Of a stretch of 64,000 bases of DNA, positions 24,963-32,703 are shown in pieces. Positions within the stretch are counted from its first letter, which is position 1. Every line of letters starts with the position of its first letter. The position numbers and the translations under genes are program-made. The notes beneath the pieces were generated by a model, which was not told the DNA's origin, ran no database searches, and was given only the letters and a program-made list of their open reading frames with translations. This stretch comes from Vicinamibacterales bacterium (GTDB lineage: Bacteria; Acidobacteriota; Vicinamibacteria; Vicinamibacterales; 2-12-FULL-66-21). The stretch is from positions 1,846 to 65,845 of the forward strand of contig DATLXP010000053.1 of assembly GCA_035575695.1 (NCBI GenBank), read 5' to 3'.

Positions 24963-27661
24963 TTCGCGGGCAGTGTATACGCTTCCCGCGTCGGACGCAG
25001 CGGTCGGTCGAACCACAGCGGGCGGCGCAACTGATCGGGCCCAGGGGCCGGACGCGTTTTCGCCATCCATTCTTTATACGCCTCGTGGGCAAGATTTGTA
25101 TCCACGAGGATGTCGCCATAGGAGTCGTCGGGACCCGCTTTTTCGAGGCGGACGCGCTGATGCCAGCAGTGCATGCCGCTGACCGGATCCGGCTGCACGG
25201 GGAAGGTCAGGTTCTGGTGCACCCCGACCTCGCTCCACCAGATGCGGCCGGTATCGGCGTCGTTGCTCGTGAAGGGGGTCGCGCCGTGCACCTGCTTCAT
25301 GACGTAGCGCCCACCGGGTTCGCGCGAGATGCGCACGAGCGCCGAGGCGACGCGCGGTCCGCCCTTGTCTTCGTCGAGCCTCCAGCGCCCCAGATGATGC
25401 GACATGCCAAGGACGCCAGGGCGGATCCCCTCGGTGACCCAGGCCCGGGTCACGAAATGTCCTATCTGTGTGTGCACCTTCACGAGATCACCCATCGCGA
25501 TCCCCTTGTCGCGCGCGTCTTCGACCGAAATCCACAACGGGTTGTTGTGCGAGATCTCGTACAGCCACTTCACAGGGGAACGCGTGTGGATCAAGGTCGG
25601 CAGGCGGAAATTCGGCAGCAGGTCGAATTCCCCTTCTTCGCGCTTCAGGTCGCGCCAGTGCACGTGTCCGGGCACGTAGCGCGGCACCGCGTGCTCGGGC
25701 CAGCCCCAATCCACCATCGTCTTCGAATAGAACTCGAGGAGGCGTGACGGCGTGTTGAAACCCGTCACGGCGGCGTCGTCCACGACGACGTGCGGAGCGC
25801 CCTCGTCGGCCGGCTTCTCGAACCCGCGGCTGTATGCCTTGTCGGAGACTTTGAAGACGCCGTACTTCCGCATGTATTCGAGCGGCGTGAGGTGTTCCTG
25901 TGCCGCGGCTTCAGGAAGACCGGGCACGGAGTTCTCGAACATCCAGCGGTAGTATTCGTCGACGGTAATCTGCTCGCCGGGGCGGTACGGAGATTCGAAG
26001 AAACGCCGGATGCCGAGGGATCCATCGGGATCGATCTTCCAGCTGAGCGCGATCCAGAACTCGTTTTCTTCCCAGACCTCGCCGGGGTTCGCTTCGTAGG
26101 TCGCGTTCACCTTCTCGCCGCGTTTCTCCCGTGCCACGCGCAGGACCGGCTGCCGGAAGCCGAGCCACTGCCCGGCGTGCGTCTCCTGGCTCATCGTGTC
26201 GTGCCGCTCGGTCCCAAGCCCCATCGGCAGGATGTAATCGGCGAACCACGCCGTCTCGCTCCATGTCGGCGTGAGGGCGACGTGCAGACCGATCTTCTCC
26301 GTGTCCTGCAGCACCTCCATCCACGAGAAGCCATCGGGGTTGGTCCAGAGCGGGTTGTAGACGCGTGTGAAGTAGACGTCGAGCTTTCCGCGGCCTTCCT
26401 TGAGGAAATGGGGGAGCAAGAAGCTCATCTCGAAGAAGGCGAGTGGAAACTCCTTGGGAAACAGCAGCTCGTTCCAGTAGTCCGGTGCGGGCGGCGGATT
26501 GGGATGTTTCGGCACGAACTTGTTGGTGACGTGCATGTTCACGCCGCCGACCGTCCCGAGTGAACCGGTCAGCACGACGAGCAGGTAGAGGCAGCGGGTG
26601 ATCTGCCATCCCCAGAGATTGCCCGAGGCGGCCGCGCGCCAGTTGTGGGTGGCGAACCGCGTACCGGCGCGTCCGATGGCGTGGGCGGCGTCGATGATCC
26701 GGTCCTTCGGCACGCCCGTTTCCGCTTCGGCGTACTCGGGGGTGAACTGCGCGTACATCTCCTTGAGCGCGACGATGAAGGCGTCGAATGTTTCGGGGAG
26801 ATCGGGGCGTTCGGCCCGGAGATACTCGGCCCAATTCACCCACTTGCGGACGAACTCGCTGTTGTACAGGTCCTCTTCAAGGAGGATGCGCACCATGGCG
26901 AGGAGAAGCGCTCCTTCCGTGCCGGAGTACGCGGGCATCCAGATGTCGGCTTTCGCGGATGTGTTCGAGAGCCGGGGGTCGATGCAGATCAGCGTACCGC
27001 CGTTGCTCTTCGACTCGATGATGCGCTGCGCGTGGGGATTGAAGTAGTGACCGCTTTCGAGATGCGACGAGAGCAGGAGGATCGTCTGCGCGTTGGCATA
27101 GTCAGGGGACGGCCGGTCAGCGCCACACCACAGGAAGTGACCCAGGCGGGCTGATGACGAGCACACGTTCGTGTGGCTGTTGTGGCCGTCGATGCCCCAT
27201 GCCTGCAGCACGCGGTTGGCGTAGCCGTCTTCCCCGGGGCGCCCCACGTGATACATGATCTCGTGCCGACGTTTCTCGATGATCGCCTTACGGATGCGTC
27301 CACCGATGTCCTCGAGCGCTTCGTCCCACGAGACCTGCTGCCACCGTCCGTCGCCGCGCTCGCCGGCGCGACGCATGGGGTACAGGATGCGATCGGGGTC
27401 CTCGAGCTGGTTCGGCGTGACGACCCCTTTCGCGCACGTACGTCCGCGGCTCCCCGGGTGCAGGGGATTCCCCTCGATCTTCCTGACGTCGAGTGTCTCC
27501 TTGTCGACATAGGCAAGGATCCCGCACGCGGATTCGCAGTTGAAGCAGATGCTCGGAATGATCCAGTACCGCCGCCGGTCCTTCTTCGGCCAGCTGGTGG
27601 ACTCGAAGTCGACGTAGTTGTCCCAGTCGGCCGGGTCGGGGTGCGTGCGGAAGTCAGGCAT
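24959..27661 (-). CDS. molybdopterin (bis-MGD) oxidoreductase catalytic subunit, DMSO reductase/PsrA-like family
   Basis: 900 aa. N-terminal FeS motif CFNCESACG...C(AKG). MopB blocks throughout. No Tat-type hydrophobic signal visible at the N-terminus. Confidence 0.9.
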   Translation of the reverse strand: MPDFRTHPDPADWDNYVDFESTSWPKKDRRRYWIIPSICFNCESACGILAYVDKETLDVRKIEGNPLHPGSRGRTCAKGVVTPNQLEDPDRILYPMRRAGERGDGRWQQVSWDEALEDIGGRIRKAIIEKRRHEIMYHVGRPGEDGYANRVLQAWGIDGHNSHTNVCSSSARLGHFLWCGADRPSPDYANAQTILLLSSHLESGHYFNPHAQRIIESKSNGGTLICIDPRLSNTSAKADIWMPAYSGTEGALLLAMVRILLEEDLYNSEFVRKWVNWAEYLRAERPDLPETFDAFIVALKEMYAQFTPEYAEAETGVPKDRIIDAAHAIGRAGTRFATHNWRAAASGNLWGWQITRCLYLLVVLTGSLGTVGGVNMHVTNKFVPKHPNPPPAPDYWNELLFPKEFPLAFFEMSFLLPHFLKEGRGKLDVYFTRVYNPLWTNPDGFSWMEVLQDTEKIGLHVALTPTWSETAWFADYILPMGLGTERHDTMSQETHAGQWLGFRQPVLRVAREKRGEKVNATYEANPGEVWEENEFWIALSWKIDPDGSLGIRRFFESPYRPGEQITVDEYYRWMFENSVPGLPEAAAQEHLTPLEYMRKYGVFKVSDKAYSRGFEKPADEGAPHVVVDDAAVTGFNTPSRLLEFYSKTMVDWGWPEHAVPRYVPGHVHWRDLKREEGEFDLLPNFRLPTLIHTRSPVKWLYEISHNNPLWISVEDARDKGIAMGDLVKVHTQIGHFVTRAWVTEGIRPGVLGMSHHLGRWRLDEDKGGPRVASALVRISREPGGRYVMKQVHGATPFTSNDADTGRIWWSEVGVHQNLTFPVQPDPVSGMHCWHQRVRLEKAGPDDSYGDILVDTNLAHEAYKEWMAKTRPAPGPDQLRRPLWFDRPLRPTREAYTLPAK

Positions 27662-27671
27662 GTTTGGTTCT

Positions 27672-27888
27672 CACGTGCTATGTGCTTACGTTCGACGTGC
27701 GGACGTGCCGCGTGCGCACGTGCGACGTGCCGCGTGCGGACGTGCGACGTGCCGCGTGCGAGCGTGCTACTGGGCTGCGTCGCACGGGCACGTGGCACGT
27801 GAGCACGTCCGCACGGGCACGTAAGCACGTCCCCACGCGCACATCCGCACGTCGCACGTTCAGCACGTAGCACATCGAATGTCGCACG
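27672..27888. repeat. long imperfect palindrome built from GTGC-N3-4 units, then GCAC-N3-4 units
   Basis: About 12 GTGC-phased units (period 7-8) are followed by about 14 GCAC-phased units. The outer ends are near-complementary (GTGCTATGTGCTTACGTTCGACGTGCGGACGTGC versus the reverse complement of the right end). Confidence 0.8.
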
Positions 27889-27891
27889 TGC

Positions 27892-29415
27892 CTATGAGAG
27901 CGGCACGGACTGCCCCGCCTCGACCCAGATGTATTCCCACGCCGCGCCGCCGACGAGGGCGAGCACGGCGGTGAGGCCGGTGACGAGAGGGCTGAACGTC
28001 ACACCGAGCGTCAGCAGGATGACCAGCGGCAGGATCCCCCCGGCGCCGATGGCCCCGCCCCAGAACAGCCGCGCGTAGGCGCCCCGCAGGATCGTGGCGG
28101 ACGCCAGCTCGTGATGTCTCGTCGGGCTCGGCGACAGCACGTGCTCGAAGAGCAGGATGACGAGATGCGCGGCAACCGACACCGCGAGCATCAATCCGAG
28201 CAGCGGGGTGGCGTCCGGCGTGCCGCTGCCCGTCAGCATGGACGCCAGCAGGAGCGACGCGGCGCCTGCGGCCGCCGACTGCGCGATCAGGTCGATCGCC
28301 GCGGCCGGACCTTGCCACAGGTCTCGCGCCAGGCCCTGGGCGAAGAGAAACCCCGTATACGACGTCGCCATGATGGCCACGACCACCGTGGGAATGACGA
28401 GCCAGTCGAACGCCGCCTCATATCCGAACCATCCGGCCGCGAGCCACGCCGCGCTCAGCGCGCCGTGCGCCGCAAGGAAGTAGGCGCCCCACACCATCCA
28501 CGAGCGGAAATTCGACCGCGTCAGGATGTAGAAGAACCGCTCAGGCCGCTCGAGGTCGATGATCAGCACGACCGCTGTCAGCGTGACGAAGATGATCGAC
28601 AGTAGCGGCGCCGCGATCGTCACGAGCGGTCCGCCGAAGCCCATCTGCCAGAGCAGCGCCGCCATCAGCATGACGCCCGTGCCGATCGCTTTGAAGAGGA
28701 GATACAGCACCATGTCGACGCCCCACGGCTTGGCGTGCGGCACGTCGTAGTCGACGCGGGGATCACCGGGAGCGCCTGGATCCGCCATGGGAGACCCGAG
28801 CGGGCGCAGGTGGACTTGCCCCTCCTTGAAGTAGAAGGGACGCGTGGCGGCTTCGGGCCGGATCACGCTGTCTTCGGCTCCCAGGTAGAACACTTTCGGG
28901 CCCGTGCCTTTTTCCGGCTTTCGAACCATGAACGCTTCGCGCTGAACGATCCTCGCGACCTCGCTCGACGGATCGTCGAGGTCCCCGAAGATGCGGCATT
29001 CGGTCGGGCAGACGCTGACACACGCAGGCTGGAGCTTGTTTTCGACACGGTTTGCGCAGAAGTTGCACTTTTCGGCTGTGCGCGTATTGGGGTCGATGAA
29101 GATCTGGTCGTAGGGACAGGCTTCCATGCATGCGCGGCAGCCGATGCAGGAATCCGAGTTCAGGTCGACGATCTCGTCCCGCCGCTTGAACAACGCGTTG
29201 GTCGGGCAGATGCGCACACACGGGGCATCGACGCATTGATTACACAGAACCGGGAAGAAGAACCGTTGCGTGTTGGGGAAGGTGCCCTTCTCGACGGTCT
29301 TCACCCAGCAGCGATTCACACCGACGGGGATCTGATGTTCCGCTTTGCACGCGATCGTGCACGCATGGCAGCCGATGCACTTCTTCAGGTCAATGGCAAA
29401 ACCGTAATTGGCCAA
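27892..29415 (-). CDS. fusion of a 4Fe-4S ferredoxin-type subunit (PsrB-like) with a NrfD/PsrC-like quinol-interacting membrane subunit
   Basis: 507 aa. Four Cys clusters (CIGCHACTIAC, CNQCVDAPC, CIGCRACMEACP, CNFC...CVSVCP), then about 8 TM helices with the NrfD-like pattern. TTG start at 29415. Confidence 0.85.
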   Translation of the reverse strand: MANYGFAIDLKKCIGCHACTIACKAEHQIPVGVNRCWVKTVEKGTFPNTQRFFFPVLCNQCVDAPCVRICPTNALFKRRDEIVDLNSDSCIGCRACMEACPYDQIFIDPNTRTAEKCNFCANRVENKLQPACVSVCPTECRIFGDLDDPSSEVARIVQREAFMVRKPEKGTGPKVFYLGAEDSVIRPEAATRPFYFKEGQVHLRPLGSPMADPGAPGDPRVDYDVPHAKPWGVDMVLYLLFKAIGTGVMLMAALLWQMGFGGPLVTIAAPLLSIIFVTLTAVVLIIDLERPERFFYILTRSNFRSWMVWGAYFLAAHGALSAAWLAAGWFGYEAAFDWLVIPTVVVAIMATSYTGFLFAQGLARDLWQGPAAAIDLIAQSAAAGAASLLLASMLTGSGTPDATPLLGLMLAVSVAAHLVILLFEHVLSPSPTRHHELASATILRGAYARLFWGGAIGAGGILPLVILLTLGVTFSPLVTGLTAVLALVGGAAWEYIWVEAGQSVPLS

Positions 29416-29424
29416 GCGCCTGCA

Positions 29425-32400
29425 CTATATCGTACGGAGAAACGCCTCCATCGCCGCGTCCCGCTCGGTCTTGTCGATCAGGGGAAAGGTCGACAGCACG
29501 TGCGCGAATTCTCCGGCCGTGAGCCCGTACACCCGCGCGGCGGCTCCCTGGAGTGCCGAGGCTTTCGTCGCGTCAGACTCGCGTGCCAGCACCGCGGCGA
29601 GCGCCGCAACCGCTCGAAACGCGCTCTCCTCCCGTGGTGGCCGAGGCATCGGCAGGCGCTCCACGATCGCGACGGTGACGTGCGTGGTCACGCGCAGTCG
29701 CACCAGGTAGTTGGCGACGAAGCTGTTGAACATCCCGCAGAGAAAATGCTGCGACTCGTCGTCGAGCGCCGACTTGAGGCAGAACACCGTATGGGTCGTC
29801 ACGACGCCAGGCGGCAGGACCGCGGCAATCAGCGTAAGGCGGTTGGTCGCCGATGCGACGTCTCTGTAGGCGAGTCTGGCACGATCGAACGAACGTGTGG
29901 CGTCGAGCAACGTCGCAGCGGCGGCCCTGGGGATGTGGTGACGCGCGGCAGCGACATCGACCGAGAACGGGGCGAGATGTTTGCCCTCGATCACCGGAAG
30001 CCCGCGCCGCTCACCGTTGAAGTGTGCGCGGTCCTCGGTCGCATTCAGTTCGCGGCCGAATCGCAGTGCCCAGCCGTCCTCGTCGCTCGCCGGCCGATGC
30101 GCGAACGCCAGGCGGGCCGCGAGGGTGGCGTCTGCACGGCTTCGCAGCTCGGGCACGGCGAGTTGGTCGCCAGTCAGGCGCTCGAGCAGGTCGCGCCTCA
30201 ATGGAACGGCTTCGCGATCCACGCCTGTGTCCGGCAGGCGGTCGAAGTCGGCGGCCGCCCGCAGGCCGAACCGGCACGGCAGTTCAACAGTGCGGCCGGC
30301 GGTCGTGGCAGTGACAATGACGAACTTGAGGCCGCGGTGAATGGGGAACAGCCCGTCGCGGTTCTCGACCGACACGAAACTGTCGACAGTAGTCGAATCG
30401 AGCACGAGGCGCCGCAGGGATGCGCATCCATGGTCGGTGGCGAGACCTGAGGGGAAGACCATGCCGACGCGTCCGCCGCGCCTCGTGAGGGACAACGCTC
30501 GTTCGAGAAACAACTGATAGAGGTTGGCGTGCCCTGTCCCCTGGGCGCGATAGACACCGCTGCCGCGGGTGAAGCGCGTGAGCTTCACCGCCGCGTCGCT
30601 GGCAGAGGTACGGGCAGCACCGGTGCCGCTGTCTCCGCGCAGCATCTCCCACGGCGGGTTGCCGAGAATCGCGTCGAATCCCGCGTCCGGCAGTGGCTCG
30701 CCGGAGGGGGCGAAGAACACCTCGGGAAACTCCAGCGTCCAGTGAAAGAAGCGCTCCCGCCGGGCCACCGCAGTCGCGGTCGCCAGCAGCGCGTCGGCGG
30801 CCGCGGGCGGGAGCGACTCGTCCAGCAAGGCGCTGAGCATTCCCCGCGTCACCGTCGGGCGCGCGTCGCCGAACCAGCCGGCGCACCAGAGATCCGCAAT
30901 CCGTTTCCACCGCGCGAGCGGGCCGGCCCCCGAGGAGGTCGACGAGAACAGCCGCTCCTTGAAGCGCACCTGTTCAAGCGTGTCGTCGGGCTCGTCGCGG
31001 AGCGCGATCTGCGAGGTGACCGCGGCCCCGACGGCATGGTCGAGGACGGCCGCGTCAAAGAGCGGTAACGCGGCCGCACGCTGTCGTCGGCCGGACGTCA
31101 TCCCCGTCACCTCGCCGATCGCCGCGCCCACGAGACTGTTGCCGGTGCGGAGGTGATGGTCGAAGAACGTGAGGGGGCGGTCCCCCGCGAGCGTCGCCAG
31201 CCACAACGACAGGCGCGCCAACTGGACGGCCATCGGGTTGATATCAACGCCGAAGAGGCATCGTTGAGCGACGACGCGGCGAAATCCCGCTCGCTCGACG
31301 TCCGTCACGTCCGAGACGCCCGCGGACCCCTCCCGGATCAGGGCGTTTTCGTACGCCGCCGCCAGGTAACGGCACGCCGCGACGAGAAACGCGCCGGAGC
31401 CCATCGCGGGATCCAGGATGCGCAGGTGAAAAATCTCGTCGGCACTGGCTCGTTCGACGAGTGGCGCAAGCGTACGGCGGACGACGTATTCGGTCAGCGG
31501 TCGCGGTGTGTAGAACGTGCCCGTGGACTTTCGGCGATCCCCGCGCACGAAAACGCAGGGGCCGTCCGCCGCGGGCTGAGCAGGATCGAAGTCGAGCACG
31601 CGCTCGTACACCCCGCCGAGATGCTCGACGCCGAGGTCGGCGTACGCGATGCGCTCCCGTCCTTCGCGCCCGCGCCGTGTCGTCAGGGCCAGCAGCGCCT
31701 CCCGCACGGCGTTCTCGTCGAGGGGGAGCGCGTCGGCCAGCGGTGCGTGAAGTGGGGAGAACAGCCGTCCGTTGAACGGAGGCACGTGCAGGCTCCCGGC
31801 GTGGCAGCCGCGATGCGCGAGCCGCGCGATGGCCTGCAGCGCCTCCCAGATTCCGCGCGGCCGCTGCCGCGTTTCAACGGCGGGACGCAGCGCTTCGACG
31901 GTGTAGGCCTCGCGATAGACCGGGTGCCATGTGGGCACGAGCCCCCGGGCCTCCGCAAACAGAAGAAACAGCACGCGGTACACCACGACCAGCGCCTCGT
32001 CGAACGCTGCGGAGGGCGCAGATGTCTCCTCGCGACGATGCCGCCGACGCGTCGCGGCGACGAACGCAGACGTCAGGTGACCGAGCGCTTCGTGGACACC
32101 CTGTTGAAGAGACTCGCGGACCCTGGAGCGATACCGCTCCGATAACTCCACGGCATCGCCGAGCGCCGTGCCAGCCGCTGCCGACGCGAACGTCGCTGCG
32201 CGAAGCAGGTGCCACACGACAGCGAGTGTCGCCGGATCCGACGCCACAGCTCCGAGGTCCAGCTCCGCGAACCGGCGGGAATGCGTGCGCCGCGCGTCGA
32301 AGAGACGCACCGAGGGTCCGTTGAAGCAGAAAGACCAGCGGACACCAGCGCCAATCCCATGACGGACGCATTCCCTCCACGAGGCTGCATGATCCAGCCC

Positions 32401-32703
32401 CCAGGGAGCCGCCACCGCAACAGCCACGAGGTCCCCACTCGCGAGCAGCACCGCGTGCACGAAGTCGCGGTCGCTCGACCGGGGCACGACGTGGAAGCCG
32501 AGAGACGAGCAGAACGGGTGGAGTACGCGATCGAAGACCGAGCGGGCACTCCATGCAGGACCACCCTCCGCCGCAAGCGCCGAATGCCATCGACGTATCC
32601 CCTGCGTGAAGTGGAGCACCTCGGCGCCGGCCCCAACCGCGGTGAGACCGTGCGCCCTCAGCGCGTCATGCGAAAGAATGGACCCGCGGAGCCCCGCAAT
32701 CAT
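29425..32703 (-). CDS. large N6-adenine DNA methyltransferase, type IIG / BREX PglX-like architecture
   Basis: 1092 aa. VYRVLFLLFAEARGL and PPFNGRLF helical region, GTFYTP, motif I ILDPAMGSGAFLVAA, motif IV ILGNPPWEML, then a long TRD-like C-terminus. The first ~200 aa are unassigned. Confidence 0.85.
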   Translation of the reverse strand: MIAGLRGSILSHDALRAHGLTAVGAGAEVLHFTQGIRRWHSALAAEGGPAWSARSVFDRVLHPFCSSLGFHVVPRSSDRDFVHAVLLASGDLVAVAVAAPWGLDHAASWRECVRHGIGAGVRWSFCFNGPSVRLFDARRTHSRRFAELDLGAVASDPATLAVVWHLLRAATFASAAAGTALGDAVELSERYRSRVRESLQQGVHEALGHLTSAFVAATRRRHRREETSAPSAAFDEALVVVYRVLFLLFAEARGLVPTWHPVYREAYTVEALRPAVETRQRPRGIWEALQAIARLAHRGCHAGSLHVPPFNGRLFSPLHAPLADALPLDENAVREALLALTTRRGREGRERIAYADLGVEHLGGVYERVLDFDPAQPAADGPCVFVRGDRRKSTGTFYTPRPLTEYVVRRTLAPLVERASADEIFHLRILDPAMGSGAFLVAACRYLAAAYENALIREGSAGVSDVTDVERAGFRRVVAQRCLFGVDINPMAVQLARLSLWLATLAGDRPLTFFDHHLRTGNSLVGAAIGEVTGMTSGRRQRAAALPLFDAAVLDHAVGAAVTSQIALRDEPDDTLEQVRFKERLFSSTSSGAGPLARWKRIADLWCAGWFGDARPTVTRGMLSALLDESLPPAAADALLATATAVARRERFFHWTLEFPEVFFAPSGEPLPDAGFDAILGNPPWEMLRGDSGTGAARTSASDAAVKLTRFTRGSGVYRAQGTGHANLYQLFLERALSLTRRGGRVGMVFPSGLATDHGCASLRRLVLDSTTVDSFVSVENRDGLFPIHRGLKFVIVTATTAGRTVELPCRFGLRAAADFDRLPDTGVDREAVPLRRDLLERLTGDQLAVPELRSRADATLAARLAFAHRPASDEDGWALRFGRELNATEDRAHFNGERRGLPVIEGKHLAPFSVDVAAARHHIPRAAAATLLDATRSFDRARLAYRDVASATNRLTLIAAVLPPGVVTTHTVFCLKSALDDESQHFLCGMFNSFVANYLVRLRVTTHVTVAIVERLPMPRPPREESAFRAVAALAAVLARESDATKASALQGAAARVYGLTAGEFAHVLSTFPLIDKTERDAAMEAFLRTI

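Noticed and set aside
24959-27661. Selenocysteine (in-frame TGA) recoding in the molybdoenzyme
   Set aside because: The ORF is uninterrupted across the region where the Mo-ligand Cys/Sec would lie. No SECIS-like hairpin following a TGA was seen.
32100-32703. PD-(D/E)XK or other nuclease motif in the N-terminal ~200 aa of the methyltransferase, and in the N- and C-terminal extensions of the SNF2 protein
   Set aside because: No D...(D/E)XK, HNH, PLD (HxK) or GIY-YIG pattern is visible by eye. This cannot be excluded without profile or structure searches, so no nuclease is claimed.
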